A stretch of DNA of 60,856 bases. It comes from Candidatus Levybacteria bacterium RIFCSPHIGHO2_01_FULL_38_26 (GTDB lineage: Bacteria; Patescibacteriota; Microgenomatia; Levybacterales; UBA12049). This document shows, piece by piece, positions 40,046 to 51,117 of the stretch. The notes below the pieces were generated by a model. It saw only the letters and a program-made list of their open reading frames with translations, had not been told where the DNA came from and searched no databases. The position numbers and the translations under genes were made by a program. Location of the stretch: the NCBI GenBank assembly GCA_001782075.1, contig MFNO01000004.1, positions 1 through 60,856 on the forward strand, given 5' to 3'. Numbering within the stretch: position 1 is the first letter of the stretch; each line of letters begins with the position of its first letter.

Positions 40046-41908
40046 ATGAGCACAAACGGAAAAAAACACAATAAAAAACCAAAAATTTTAAAATTTAAGA
40101 TAAATACTTCCTGGAAAAATATTTTTCTTTATGGATTTCTCATATTATTTATGACGTTTATTTTCATGGGGATTAATCAACAGTCTTTTGACCAAACAAA
40201 AACCGTTCCCATATCACAGGTTATTTCTGATGTAAAAGCTGGGAGAGTTTCAGAAATCGAGATTACAGACAACAAGCTTGCAGTAAAAAAAGGGGATGAG
40301 ACTATCCATGCTTTTAAAGAATCGGGAGCAAATGTCTATCAGATGTTTAGAGACGCTGGTATTTCAGATAAAGATTTAGATAAAACAAAGATTGTAGTTA
40401 ATGATCAGACAGGCGTTGGGAGCTGGTTAATTGTTCTTTCTAATATCCTTCCGATACTTTTGATGGTTGCTTTTTTCTACTTTATTTTCCGTCAGGCAAG
40501 AGGAGCTCAGGAGAATATTTTTTCTTTTGGTAGATCCAGGGCAAAGTTATTCAGCAAAGATACCCCAAGGATTGGGTTTGCCGATGTTGCTGGAGTAGAT
40601 GAGGCAAAGCAAGAGCTAACGGAAATTGTAGATTTTTTGAAAAATCCCCAAAAATACAAAGCAGTTGGAGCCAGGACTCCAAAGGGGGTTTTGATGGTTG
40701 GTCCAAGCGGGACTGGAAAGACACTTCTTGCCCGGGCAACGGCAGGCGAGGCAAGCGTACCGTTTTTCTCCATGGCAGGATCTGAGTTTATGGAGATGCT
40801 TGTTGGAGTCGGAGCAAGCAGAGTCCGTGACCTATTTGATACTGCGAAAAAAGCCCAGCCCGCGATTATTTTTATAGACGAGATAGATGCCATTGGAAGA
40901 CAAAGAGGCATTGGCGTGATGGCTGGACATGATGAGAGAGAACAAACGCTAAATCAGATATTGGTTGAGATGGACGGATTTGCGCCAACTGAACAGCTGG
41001 TTGTTATTGCAGCAACCAATAGGCCTGACGTTTTGGACCCGGCGTTAATTCGACCAGGACGTTTTGATCGAAGGGTTATCTTGGATATGCCAGATATTGT
41101 GGGCAGAAAATCGATTTTGGCAATTCACGCCAAAGGCAAGCCTTTCGCAAAAGATGTGGATTGGGAAAAAGTAGCCAAACGAACAGTTGGATTCTCAGGG
41201 GCAGACCTTGAGAATATGCTTAACGAATCTGCTATTTTAACAGCCAGGCTCAATAAGCAGGCAATTGATATGAAGGATATTGAAGAAGCAGCAACAAAAG
41301 TAAAGCTTGGTCCTGAGAAGAGAAGGCTTCAGTCAGATGAAGATAGAAAAATGACAGCGTATCACGAGGCGGGACACGCTCTTGTTTCTTGGCATATGCC
41401 TAATATGGACCCTGTTCATAGAATTTCTATTGTTAGTCGTGGAGTTTCTCTAGGACATACCATGATGGAGCCCACAGAACATGTGCATGAAACAAAAACT
41501 CGTCTTTTGGAGCAGATTAGTGTCATGCTTGGAGGAAGAGCGGCAGAGAGTTTGGTATTTGAAGAAATGACAACAGGAGCATCAGATGATATAGCCAAAG
41601 CCACAGAGGTGGCAAGAACTATGGTTACAGAATATGGAATGAGCAAACTTGGTCCTATGAATTTGGATGGGGAGAGAAAACGTTTCTATGAACAAGCTAA
41701 CGTGTCCCCTGATATGGCGGCAAAAATAGATGAAGAGGTTAGAAAAATTACAGATGTTGCCTATAAAACAGCAACTACAATTTTAGTAAAACTGCGAGTC
41801 AAGCTTGATTTGTTGGCAGAGGAGCTTTTGAAGAAAGAGACGATTGAAGCGGAAAGCTTTATAGATCTTCTTGGTCCCAAAAAAGCTATTGTGCCGGTAA
41901 AGAGTTAG
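40046..41908 (+). CDS. ftsH: ATP-dependent zinc metalloprotease FtsH
   Basis: Two TM segments, [25 protein letters not shown]. Confidence 0.98.
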   Translation: MSTNGKKHNKKPKILKFKINTSWKNIFLYGFLILFMTFIFMGINQQSFDQTKTVPISQVISDVKAGRVSEIEITDNKLAVKKGDETIHAFKESGANVYQMFRDAGISDKDLDKTKIVVNDQTGVGSWLIVLSNILPILLMVAFFYFIFRQARGAQENIFSFGRSRAKLFSKDTPRIGFADVAGVDEAKQELTEIVDFLKNPQKYKAVGARTPKGVLMVGPSGTGKTLLARATAGEASVPFFSMAGSEFMEMLVGVGASRVRDLFDTAKKAQPAIIFIDEIDAIGRQRGIGVMAGHDEREQTLNQILVEMDGFAPTEQLVVIAATNRPDVLDPALIRPGRFDRRVILDMPDIVGRKSILAIHAKGKPFAKDVDWEKVAKRTVGFSGADLENMLNESAILTARLNKQAIDMKDIEEAATKVKLGPEKRRLQSDEDRKMTAYHEAGHALVSWHMPNMDPVHRISIVSRGVSLGHTMMEPTEHVHETKTRLLEQISVMLGGRAAESLVFEEMTTGASDDIAKATEVARTMVTEYGMSKLGPMNLDGERKRFYEQANVSPDMAAKIDEEVRKITDVAYKTATTILVKLRVKLDLLAEELLKKETIEAESFIDLLGPKKAIVPVKS

Positions 41909-43096
41909 CTATAGGCTTAATGCTTCTTTCCAGCTCTTCCATGTTATTCTTATGTTCTCTTTTGCATTTTTATTGTAAGGCTTATCGAAGAGAATATGTT
42001 TCCATACAGGTTTCCTCAGGCCTTTGTGTTTAGGCCGATCATCGATGAGGATGTCTCCGTGAATTAGAGTTTTATCTTTTGTAACAATTATTTTTTTCGT
42101 CCACTCATATCCCAGATGTTTTTCTACCCAATTGTATTTTTCAAGCACGCAGTTTTCGTATCGGTCAATAGGCTTTGTGCATATAAAAACTTCGTGTCCC
42201 AACCTCTGAATTTCTTCGAGTCCTTCTTTTGCGCCTTCTATCTCAGGAAGATTTTGAAAAAAACCGGCTTCTCTTGCGATTTTACCAACGTCGTCTCTTA
42301 AATTATTTGGATAATCATCAAAAACAGAGAATGTTTTTCTATCTTTAAGCGGAATATGCGGGTGAGTTGGAAATTTTCTTTGCCAAGAATCAAGAAAGCC
42401 TTTTTCAAAATCAGCCAACACTCCGTCCATGTCAACAAGAATTATTTTTCTGCTTGTAATAAAGTTTAGAATGCTTTCAGCTTCTTGGGGAATATTCATG
42501 TTGTCAGTATTAAGATAGGTAACCGGAACCCCTTTTTCCTCTAGAAAATTTTTTACTTTTTCATAAGCTTCATGAACTCGGGTCCTGTTTTCAAAACCCA
42601 TTTTTTTTGAATCTATGGTAAACTTTCCGCTCATAAACTTTCCGTCCTTCTCCTCTAATGATGGTTTTCTTAATTTTTCTCTTCGTATTGCCTCCTTTAC
42701 ACTGCAGTTAGTAATAACCACAAGGCTGGGAAGAGGTATGTTTTGGTTTCTGTGCATATCCCACACATTTTGCATAGTCAGCTCGTTATTTAGAGTTTGA
42801 TAGGCAAGCGTTGTTGTCTCCCCGCGGTTTGCTATTACAATCTTTTTTAATAGTGTAGGCATAACTATTTCTTGGTAGAGCTTTTTTCGCTGGTTAATTA
42901 TCACACTTGCCGCTTCTTTATCTCCTTTTTCCTTTGCAAGTAATATTTTTTCCCGATCGTAATTTTTCTCTTTTGTTTCTTCTATAGAGTCAGCTTTTAA
43001 GTTTAATTTCTCTAAATCTTTTAGGAGTTGATTGATAATGCTGTCTTTGCCAGATGCGCTTGGACCGTCAACGAGAATAAATAACCCTTTTTTCAT
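41909..43096 (-). CDS. Fusion of a thymidylate kinase-like domain and a 5'(3')-deoxyribonucleotidase (NT5C/HAD) domain
   Basis: DGPSASGKDS P-loop, NRGETTTLAYQ; then LVDMDGVLADF, EKYNWVEKH, DILIDD. Confidence 0.85.
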   Translation of the reverse strand: MKKGLFILVDGPSASGKDSIINQLLKDLEKLNLKADSIEETKEKNYDREKILLAKEKGDKEAASVIINQRKKLYQEIVMPTLLKKIVIANRGETTTLAYQTLNNELTMQNVWDMHRNQNIPLPSLVVITNCSVKEAIRREKLRKPSLEEKDGKFMSGKFTIDSKKMGFENRTRVHEAYEKVKNFLEEKGVPVTYLNTDNMNIPQEAESILNFITSRKIILVDMDGVLADFEKGFLDSWQRKFPTHPHIPLKDRKTFSVFDDYPNNLRDDVGKIAREAGFFQNLPEIEGAKEGLEEIQRLGHEVFICTKPIDRYENCVLEKYNWVEKHLGYEWTKKIIVTKDKTLIHGDILIDDRPKHKGLRKPVWKHILFDKPYNKNAKENIRITWKSWKEALSL

Positions 43097-43164
43097 TCAC
43101 AATGTATTATACTCTAATCTTTTCTAATTACCATACGTCTTTAGAATGGTATAATTAGAGGGGA

Positions 43165-43779
43165 ATGAGAATAAAAAAGCATAAAAAATATTCCAAAGAA
43201 GATCTTATTGAAAGGATGAGAAAAATTACTCTTTTGCATTCCACAGGAAGCAAGAATTCTGTTTATGTTTACAAAAACGCGAATATTGAAGTTGACTATA
43301 TCGCTGTGTCAAAAATAGTTCCTTCCCAATTTTATTATCTGGAAAAAGTCTTATCAAAAATCGGAGAGGTTGAAAAAGCCTTGAGAAATCTGAAAATTGA
43401 TTTGTTTGATCTTGAAGGCCATATAAGCTATCAAACAAATGAGAGTGATTATCGGTTTAGCCTTCTTCCGGTAATAGTTGAGTATCAGAGGGAAGAAGAT
43501 GGAACCATAAGCCCTATGATACTTGACGGGTTACATAGAGTACTGTTGGCAAGAAAAAAGAATCTCAAAAAAATAAAGGCAGTTAAGATTTCAAATGTCG
43601 ATCTGGAGCATCCGGTATTTGGACACCCTAATCCTGGGGGATGGGAAGATGTGAAATCAGTAAAAACCGTACCTGATAAAAAAAACAAAAGGCTTTGGAG
43701 ATTTCCGGTTGATGAGGCTTATAAATACTACAGAGATTTTAACAGCGCTTTTGGTAATGTAGGGAAACCTAGGAAATAG
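43165..43779 (+). CDS. Hypothetical protein with ParB/sulfiredoxin-like motif
   Basis: IVPSQ, PVIV, ILDGLHRV. Confidence 0.6.
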   Translation: MRIKKHKKYSKEDLIERMRKITLLHSTGSKNSVYVYKNANIEVDYIAVSKIVPSQFYYLEKVLSKIGEVEKALRNLKIDLFDLEGHISYQTNESDYRFSLLPVIVEYQREEDGTISPMILDGLHRVLLARKKNLKKIKAVKISNVDLEHPVFGHPNPGGWEDVKSVKTVPDKKNKRLWRFPVDEAYKYYRDFNSAFGNVGKPRK

Positions 43780-43782
43780 ATT

Positions 43783-44739
43783 ATGAAAAAACTTATATTA
43801 ATTGATGGTAATGCAATATTGCACAGGGCTTTTCATGCTTTGCCTCCTCTTACAAAAAATGGAGAGATTATAAATGCAGTTTATGGTTTTTTCTCTATGT
43901 TTATAAAAATATTGGAAGACCAGAAGCCTACGCATATTGTGGTTTGTTTTGACAGGGCGGCACCTACTTTTAGAAAAGAAATGTATGTCGGGTATCAGTC
44001 AAAAAGACCTAAGGTGTCTGATGATCTTGTCCCGCAAATAAAAAAAGTCCACGATATTCTGGGGAATGCAAAAATTAGCATTTTTGAAATTGATGGATAT
44101 GAGGCCGATGATATGATCGGGACAATTTCAGTACAGGCGGTTTCGGGAAAGCTTGACGGACAAATGGAGGTTGTAATAGTTTCAGGCGACCGTGATCTTT
44201 TGCAGCTTGTCAACTCTCATGTCAAAATGATTGCTCCTGTGACTGGTCTTACAAATATGATTGTTTATGACTCCGCAAAGGTTGAGGAAAAGTTTGGAAT
44301 AAAGCCGTCGCAGATCGTTGACTACAAAGCATTGATAGGTGACTCTTCAGATAATTATCCTGGAATTACCGGAATAGGTCCAAAAACAGCCGCAAATCTT
44401 CTGAGAGAATATGGAAGCTTTGAAAATATGTATAAGAAAATTGACTCACTTCCTCCAAAGATCGCTGAAAAACTCGTCACCGACGCAGAGCAAGCAGCTC
44501 TTGCTAAAAAACTTGCGACTATCGTTATAGATGCTCCAATAAAACTGAGCCTGGAGGAGTGTTCGTTTTCAGATTCGAACTTTCAAGCATTGAAAAATGA
44601 ATTTGAAAGATTAGATTTTAAGAGTCTTTTGAAAAGACTTGAGCCAAATGGCTCAAAGGAGAAAAAGGAGCCAAAAGAGCCAGAGGAGACAGAGGAAAAA
44701 AAGAAGAAAGGAAAGAATCATCAGCTGGGATTCTTATAG
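43783..44739 (+). CDS. Stand-alone 5'-3' exonuclease/flap endonuclease (Pol I N-terminal-like)
   Basis: LIDGN..HRAFHA, YEADD, SGDRD, GDSSDNYPG..GIGPKTA; no polymerase domain. Confidence 0.92.
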   Translation: MKKLILIDGNAILHRAFHALPPLTKNGEIINAVYGFFSMFIKILEDQKPTHIVVCFDRAAPTFRKEMYVGYQSKRPKVSDDLVPQIKKVHDILGNAKISIFEIDGYEADDMIGTISVQAVSGKLDGQMEVVIVSGDRDLLQLVNSHVKMIAPVTGLTNMIVYDSAKVEEKFGIKPSQIVDYKALIGDSSDNYPGITGIGPKTAANLLREYGSFENMYKKIDSLPPKIAEKLVTDAEQAALAKKLATIVIDAPIKLSLEECSFSDSNFQALKNEFERLDFKSLLKRLEPNGSKEKKEPKEPEETEEKKKKGKNHQLGFL

Positions 44740-44771
44740 TGCTTCCCTTTGTTATCCCGATCGTGCCCTTC

Positions 44772-45338
44772 TTAAGCGGGGTGAGTGGAGGAATCAAGGT
44801 TTGGGTCGAACCTAAAAACAAGTCTTTTCAAGTTCTGGGGTGAAGCATTTATTATAACAAAATCTTCAGAAGTTGGATTTTCTTTAGTTGAAAATGAGTC
44901 AAACCAGGCGCCATTTTCAAGATCTTCTTTTAAAAATAAATTTTTAGCGCGTAATTCCAGATCGCCTGCTTTGACTGTGCAGATTATGTCTGGTTGAGTT
45001 TTAATAGTTCCTGAAAATTCATTTATACTCGCTGCAATATAAGCTAATGGGTATTCTAATTTAGTTAGCTGAACAGATTCATTTGAAAAATTTAATAAAT
45101 TAGAGTTGCCAAGAATAAACCAACCGTCTGTTGTCGTTAAACCTACCACTTTTAAGGCTGCCCTACCATGACCGATTCCCTCCACATAAAAAGGCTCTGA
45201 AGCAAAAGAATCTTCAAGGCCTTCTCCTGTCCCTAATTCGTCCAGGGTCTTTATATCGCGAAAAGGTGCAAAGTCCTGTCCTAAGCTAACCCGAATCGGC
45301 TCTTGATTTGTGAGGTCTTGCTCTCTTTCATTTTTCAT
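44772..45338 (-). CDS. Hypothetical protein
   Basis: 188-aa ORF with AAGGA SD-like sequence; no motif. Confidence 0.55.
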   Translation of the reverse strand: MKNEREQDLTNQEPIRVSLGQDFAPFRDIKTLDELGTGEGLEDSFASEPFYVEGIGHGRAALKVVGLTTTDGWFILGNSNLLNFSNESVQLTKLEYPLAYIAASINEFSGTIKTQPDIICTVKAGDLELRAKNLFLKEDLENGAWFDSFSTKENPTSEDFVIINASPQNLKRLVFRFDPNLDSSTHPA

Positions 45339-45424
45339 AAATGTCCTTTATTAATTCAATGTTGGAGCAATAATATATCAATAAAGTTGGTAAAAAGCAA
45401 ATAAAAAAGATATAATCAAGCTTA

Positions 45425-46555
45425 GTGAAGGTGGCTATTATTCATGATTACATTAAGGAATATGGGGGGGCGGAAAGGGTTTTGGAGGCTTTGCATGAGA
45501 TCTGGCCGGATGCTCCCGTCTATACAACAGTTTATCTCCCTAAGTTTTTAGGTCCGCATAGAGAAAGATTTGAGAAATGGGACGTAAGAACTTCTTTTTT
45601 GCAATACATTCCATTTAAGGAGAAACTTATAAGTCCATTTCGTATCCTAGTACCGTTTATGTTCAAAACTTTTAATTTTTCAAATTATGATGTAGTTATC
45701 GTATCTGCAACAGGTGCTTATAATCCGAATATTATAAACAAAAAATCATCTACACTTTTTTGCTACTGTCATACCCCTCCGAGGTATTTGTACGGGTTTG
45801 CGACAGCAAGAGAATGGAAAAAAAATATTTTTTTTAGGGCGATTGGAGAAATAGCAAATCATTTCCTAAGGCTTGTTGATTTTAGAAGTTCTCAAAACGT
45901 CGATTATTTTATTGCTAATTCTAAAAATGTGGCAGGAAGAATTGAGAAGTTTTACAAAAAAGAATCTGTTGTAATTTATCCACCTGTTGACATTGATAGT
46001 AGCAAGTATCATGTACCAAGTAGTAAGTATAAAAAAAATACAAAATGCTATTTAGCAGGGGGTAGACTTGCAAGGCCGAAGAATATAGATTTGATAATTG
46101 ATGCATGCAGGGAAAATAAAATACCTTTAAAGGTTTTCGGAAGAGGATTTGCCGGGTATGAAAATGAGTTAAGAGAGAAAATAAAAGACTCGAGTATAGA
46201 GTTTGTCGGTGAAGTAAGCGATGAAGAGAAAATGGAGTTTATGAGAAACGCGAAAGCTTATCTTTTCGCATCTGAGGATGAGGATTTTGGGATAACGCCG
46301 GTTGAGGCGATGAGCGTTGGCACTCCAGTTATTGCTTATAAATCAGGTGGCGTAGTAGAATCAGTTATTGATCGTAAAACAGGGGTATTTTTTAGTGACT
46401 TAACAGAGGAAAGTTTAAAAAGAGCAATTAAACAATTTAACAATTTAACAATTGACCCTAATGATTGTATAAAACAAGCAAAAAAGTTTTCTAAAGAAAG
46501 ATTTAAAAGAGAAATTAAAAAATTTGTAGAGGAAAAGGCAATACATGTATCTTAA
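45425..46555 (+). CDS. Glycosyltransferase family 4
   Basis: GGAERVL, YCHTPPRY, EDFGITPVEAM. Confidence 0.93.
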   Translation: MKVAIIHDYIKEYGGAERVLEALHEIWPDAPVYTTVYLPKFLGPHRERFEKWDVRTSFLQYIPFKEKLISPFRILVPFMFKTFNFSNYDVVIVSATGAYNPNIINKKSSTLFCYCHTPPRYLYGFATAREWKKNIFFRAIGEIANHFLRLVDFRSSQNVDYFIANSKNVAGRIEKFYKKESVVIYPPVDIDSSKYHVPSSKYKKNTKCYLAGGRLARPKNIDLIIDACRENKIPLKVFGRGFAGYENELREKIKDSSIEFVGEVSDEEKMEFMRNAKAYLFASEDEDFGITPVEAMSVGTPVIAYKSGGVVESVIDRKTGVFFSDLTEESLKRAIKQFNNLTIDPNDCIKQAKKFSKERFKREIKKFVEEKAIHVS

Positions 46556-47093
46556 CAGGTATAGTAAAAAAAATATTATTTTTTTAACAGGAATGGCTAC
46601 TTTTTTCTTTGGATTTGGGGCTGGGGCAATTCTCAACATCTTTCTTTTGGCAATAAACTCTCCTCTTGTTTTGCAATTTAGAACTTCTTTAATGTATATT
46701 TCTTCAATTTTGGGAGATGGGATAATATTGCCTGTTGTTAATATGATTGCCGTGTCTTTTCTATTCAAAAATCAAATATTACTGGGAAAATCAGCAGTAA
46801 TATTAGGTTTGTTTTTTGGCTTTTTGGTCACTAGCTATTTTCATGTTTCCCAAGCGCTTCAGGGTCTTGTTAATTGGTCCATGCCAAAGCCTTGGGAGTG
46901 GAATTTTTTGGGAGCATGGCATGCTTTTTATATGTTTTCGGTTGCAAGTCTTCTTAGTGTTTTTTATATCGTTTTGATTTTGGTTTTTAAAAAACAAAAA
47001 AAGCTTGCTAGAGAAGCATTTTTTGTTACAGCCGGGATAATATTTTTTCTTATTCTTCTCAAGCTGGATTATATAGGCGCCAGACTAATATGA
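46545..47093 (+). CDS. Hypothetical multi-pass membrane protein
   Basis: About five hydrophobic segments; overlaps both neighbours. Confidence 0.7.
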   Translation: MYLNRYSKKNIIFLTGMATFFFGFGAGAILNIFLLAINSPLVLQFRTSLMYISSILGDGIILPVVNMIAVSFLFKNQILLGKSAVILGLFFGFLVTSYFHVSQALQGLVNWSMPKPWEWNFLGAWHAFYMFSVASLLSVFYIVLILVFKKQKKLAREAFFVTAGIIFFLILLKLDYIGARLI

Positions 47094-48343
47094 TACTTTC
47101 GAACAAGCAGTTTTTACGACTTTGGCTCAATCAAATATTTCTTCAGGTTGGGTTTAATTTGTGTAATTACACAGTTTTACTGCTTTTGGCAGACAGGACC
47201 CACTCTCCTTTTATCCAGGCTCAATTTTTTATATCTTTGATACTACCTGCTTTTGTTTTTGGTCTATTTGCGGGTTCGATAGTTGATCTGGTTCCCCGTA
47301 AGCCGCTTCTTCTTGTTGCGGATATTCTTCTTTCGGTTTTGTTCTTTTTATATATATTTGCAGGAAACAGTCTTTTTATTTTTATGCTTATCGCTTTTCT
47401 TACCGCGTCCTGCGCTCGTTTTTTTATTCCAGCACAAGCTGCAACTATACCTTTGATAGTAGAGCGAGACAAGCTAAATGTCGCCAACGCACTTTTTATC
47501 TTTACTCTTATGGGTTCGGTGATTTTGGGCTACATCATAGCAAGCCCAATTGTTGAGCTTTTTGGAGGGCTGGGAACAAAAGGGGAGCTAGCGCCTTTTA
47601 TATTGAGCAGTATTTTTGTTTTAATCGGCTTTGTGCTACTTCTTGGTTTTAAAGAGGTTAAGATTTCAAAACCAAATACTCCCGCAGGAACGATTTTTAA
47701 AAAAACATTTTATCTTTTCTGGCAAACGGTTAGGGAAATAAAGATAAATAGAAATGTTTCTTTGCCGATTTCTCTTTTGATATTTGTAGAGCTAAATGTA
47801 GGAATTTTGAGCATTATATTTTTGGAATATGTTAGGCGGTATCTTTATCTGCCTTTAACTTCAGTTAGTATTGTTCTTATGGTTCCCTTGGTTTTAGGAT
47901 TGGTAGGGGGCGTTGCCATGCTTCCGAAAATTCAAAAAGGCTTAGGCTACAGGCGATCAATATATTGGGCAGTTTTGGGGATTGGTTTTTTGTTTTTGAT
48001 CTTGGGTTTTCTTCCCGTTTTGGGCAGATGGGATTTTGGAGTGCCCTTAATAAGGTTTTTTTCGGTTGTCGCAGCTTTTGTTACTGGAGTATTAGCGGTA
48101 ATTATTGCTGTTCAATCAAGAACGATTTTACAGACAAATTCAGACATCCACATGCAGGGTAGAATTTTTTCGTTTCTTGACATAATGATTGCGCTTGTGA
48201 CGCCTCTTCCGGTTTTGTTTATCGGTTTTACTGCGGATAAGGTCAGCATACCGGGAACTTTTGTTTTTATTGGAATAATGATTATTTCGATGCTGGTTTT
48301 GGGAGAGAGAATATTATTCCGAAGAGAAACTGTAGGTACGTAA
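47090..48343 (+). CDS. MFS transporter
   Basis: About 12 TM segments; FAGSIVD, FFIPAQAATIP, MQGRIFS. Confidence 0.9.
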   Translation: MILSNKQFLRLWLNQIFLQVGFNLCNYTVLLLLADRTHSPFIQAQFFISLILPAFVFGLFAGSIVDLVPRKPLLLVADILLSVLFFLYIFAGNSLFIFMLIAFLTASCARFFIPAQAATIPLIVERDKLNVANALFIFTLMGSVILGYIIASPIVELFGGLGTKGELAPFILSSIFVLIGFVLLLGFKEVKISKPNTPAGTIFKKTFYLFWQTVREIKINRNVSLPISLLIFVELNVGILSIIFLEYVRRYLYLPLTSVSIVLMVPLVLGLVGGVAMLPKIQKGLGYRRSIYWAVLGIGFLFLILGFLPVLGRWDFGVPLIRFFSVVAAFVTGVLAVIIAVQSRTILQTNSDIHMQGRIFSFLDIMIALVTPLPVLFIGFTADKVSIPGTFVFIGIMIISMLVLGERILFRRETVGT

Positions 48344-48389
48344 AACAATATTTGATTCCCCAAGCTCGTTCTCCTATAATACGTATTTC

Positions 48390-49424
48390 ATGGGAAAAGA
48401 ACAGGAGCAGGGTCAGTCCAGGATTGGGCGTGTAGTCGAGTATTATAAAGACGGTTTTCCTTTTTTGCCGGGAAGCGGTTATTATATTCCAAATCCGGAA
48501 ATACCAAATAATGACCGTGAAGAAATTGAGCAAGAGATTTTTTCTTTAAGTCAAGAATCGCAGGATATTGAGAATGACAAAACAACTCCTAAAAAAGAGA
48601 AGGAGAAAAAACAGGATAGACATGAGCCGTTTGTTAATCCACCTGAATATGATAGAGAAAATCTGTTTGTAAACAACTATGCAGGAGCATATTCCCAAAG
48701 GATGGAATTGAATAGGGACAAAGTTGAGAGAGCTCTTCAGACAGCGCATCTTGAAGGTAAGGTTTTTCTTAGCACACTTTCTCCGTCTCGTTCACGATCA
48801 GAAGCCCAAGGGAATGAGTTGGCTGCAAAAAGATTTGTTATTTTCGAAAAGAAAACCCAAAAAGCCGAAGAAGAAAATCCATATAAAAGAGTTGTGTCAA
48901 CTCCCGAAGGATGGAATATTCAGATAAATGACCAGAGAATGGTAGAGGAGCTATCAGAAAGAAGACTGTCTTTGGTAGAACATCAAAAAGTATTTATCAG
49001 AGAGTTTAACAGCTTTGTAAAATCTGGAATCCGAGAGTCTGTTTGGAGAGAAAAGTGTTCGAGCGAAAAAGACCCATATTTTAGAGATAAGTTTATGTGG
49101 AGCGTATTGCATGGTGGAGTTCTCCCTTTGCCAAATATAATAATAAATCCATCTTTTACGCCTGTCGTTTTAGGGGTAATCTTTGCTACGTATGGTTTAA
49201 TGAATATCTTTAACGAACTAAACTACCGAAAAATTAGGAGTATTGAAGAGATTCTGAAAGTTGTTAATTCAAGCTTTATACCTCCTAGTTTTTCCCGACA
49301 TAGAAACATTGATCATCCTCTGGAATATTTTATGCCATATGTTGAAATAGACAAAGTAGCGCGAACTTATTCATATCTTGCGGGGAAGGGGAGAAGATTG
49401 GTCAGGGAAGCGGAAGATAAATAA
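48390..49424 (+). CDS. Hypothetical protein with C-terminal hydrophobic segments
   Basis: 344-aa ORF with TATAAT upstream. Confidence 0.6.
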   Translation: MGKEQEQGQSRIGRVVEYYKDGFPFLPGSGYYIPNPEIPNNDREEIEQEIFSLSQESQDIENDKTTPKKEKEKKQDRHEPFVNPPEYDRENLFVNNYAGAYSQRMELNRDKVERALQTAHLEGKVFLSTLSPSRSRSEAQGNELAAKRFVIFEKKTQKAEEENPYKRVVSTPEGWNIQINDQRMVEELSERRLSLVEHQKVFIREFNSFVKSGIRESVWREKCSSEKDPYFRDKFMWSVLHGGVLPLPNIIINPSFTPVVLGVIFATYGLMNIFNELNYRKIRSIEEILKVVNSSFIPPSFSRHRNIDHPLEYFMPYVEIDKVARTYSYLAGKGRRLVREAEDK

Positions 49425-49442
49425 AAGTTGTATTATTGAATC

Positions 49443-50282
49443 ATGCCGGAACTTCCAGAAGTTGAGACTATACGATTAGGACTTCAAAAATATATTGTTG
49501 GTAAAACTATAAAGGATGTTGAGGTGAGGCTTAAGAAGATTGTTAGCGGTGACCCCAAAGATATTATCGGCGCAAAAGTTGTTGATGTCAGAAGATTTGG
49601 GAAGGGGTTAGTGATTGATCTGGACAATGGTTATTCGATCACATCCCACATTAAATTAACCGGACAGTTTGTCTACAGAGATTCTAAAACCGCGAAATTT
49701 AAAATTTCTCCGAAAGTTGGTAAGGAAATTCCAAATAAGTTTACCCATGTTATTTTTAAACTCGATAATGGAATTGTATATTACAATGATGTCAGGCAGT
49801 TTGGGTGGATTAAAATAATTCAAAGTTCAAAATTGAAAGATCAAAGTTTTTTTAATGAATTAGGCCCGGAATTTTTTAAAGACCTGACTTTTGACAAATT
49901 TTTAGAGACAATTAGTCGCGCTAAAGGACCAATAAAACCTCTGCTTATGGATCAAAAAAAGATGAGCGGAGTTGGAAATATTTATGCAAACGATGCTTTA
50001 TTTGATGCAAAAATTGATCCAAGAAGATCTGCAAAGCAGATTTCGGATGAAGAAATAAAGAAGCTATATAATGCAATTTTAAAAGTTCTTAAAAAAGGAT
50101 TAGAACAGGGGGGAGCTTCAGAGCTTAATTATGTAAATGTTTTGGGGCAAGAGGGAGGATATCAGAATCATTTTTTGGTTTACGGACGGGAAAAAGAGCC
50201 GTGCCGAGTCTGTAAAACTCCTATTCAGAAAATAAAACTCGGCGGCCGAGGCACATATTTTTGCAGTAAATGTCAAAAATAG
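49443..50282 (+). CDS. mutM: Formamidopyrimidine-DNA glycosylase
   Basis: MPELPEVE, DVRQFG, GVGNIYA, C4 zinc finger. Confidence 0.97.
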   Translation: MPELPEVETIRLGLQKYIVGKTIKDVEVRLKKIVSGDPKDIIGAKVVDVRRFGKGLVIDLDNGYSITSHIKLTGQFVYRDSKTAKFKISPKVGKEIPNKFTHVIFKLDNGIVYYNDVRQFGWIKIIQSSKLKDQSFFNELGPEFFKDLTFDKFLETISRAKGPIKPLLMDQKKMSGVGNIYANDALFDAKIDPRRSAKQISDEEIKKLYNAILKVLKKGLEQGGASELNYVNVLGQEGGYQNHFLVYGREKEPCRVCKTPIQKIKLGGRGTYFCSKCQK

Positions 50283-50353
50283 ACCTGGATTTTTCGCGGT
50301 TGCTTTTTAGGGAGTCCTTGTGCTAAAATTCATATTTGGGGCTTACCTCTTTT

Positions 50354-51061
50354 ATGACTGCAAATAGCTATAAAGAGACGGTTGTTATTAAGCTTGGGGG
50401 ATCGCTTATTGTCCCAAATGGAGGACTCGATATTCCCTACATCAAGAAATTTTATACATTTATAAGAAAACAAGTCGCCGAAGAAAAACGGCGATTTTTT
50501 ATATTGATAGGAGGAGGAGTATTGTCTCGCCACTATAGAGACGCAGGAGCCGAAGTTACCGGGCGAGAGCTTCCGCCTGAGGATTTGGATTGGCTGGGAA
50601 TTCACGCGACAAGATTAAACGCCCATCTTTTTCGAACAATCTTTAGGGACTTGGCGCATCCTCGTATCATCAAACACTACGAATTTGTCCAAAAACCGGA
50701 AAAACCAATTGTAATTGCTGCCGGATGGAAACCGGGATGGTCTACGGATTATGACGCGGCTATTTTAGCACAGGACTACGGTATAAAAACAATTATAAAA
50801 ATGAGCAATACTGATTATGTGTACGATAAAGATCCGAACGAATATAAAGACGCAAAGCCACTGCCTCAAGTTTCTTGGAAAGATTACCGCTTGATGGTAG
50901 GAGACACATGGAGACCAGGACAACACGAGCCGTTTGATCCGATTGCCGCAAAGCTTGCTTCAGAACTAGGGTTAAAAGTTTTTTATCTGGATGGAAGAGA
51001 TCTTGAAAATGTACATAAGGCAATAGAGGGAGAGAAGTTTAAGGGAACGATAATTGATTGA
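50354..51061 (+). CDS. pyrH: UMP kinase (archaeal-type)
   Basis: VIKLGGS, GGG, DWLGIHATRLNA, GWKPGWSTD, VYDKDP, PFDPIA. Confidence 0.92.
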   Translation: MTANSYKETVVIKLGGSLIVPNGGLDIPYIKKFYTFIRKQVAEEKRRFFILIGGGVLSRHYRDAGAEVTGRELPPEDLDWLGIHATRLNAHLFRTIFRDLAHPRIIKHYEFVQKPEKPIVIAAGWKPGWSTDYDAAILAQDYGIKTIIKMSNTDYVYDKDPNEYKDAKPLPQVSWKDYRLMVGDTWRPGQHEPFDPIAAKLASELGLKVFYLDGRDLENVHKAIEGEKFKGTIID

Positions 51062-51117
51062 TTGTTTGATTGTTTCATTGTTGAATATTAACAATGTAGC
51101 AATGTAACAATTTAGCA
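51052..51117. repeat. Inverted octamer array upstream of recF
   Basis: tgattgtt/tcattgtt units followed by aacaatgt/agcaatgt/aacaattt units. Confidence 0.75.
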
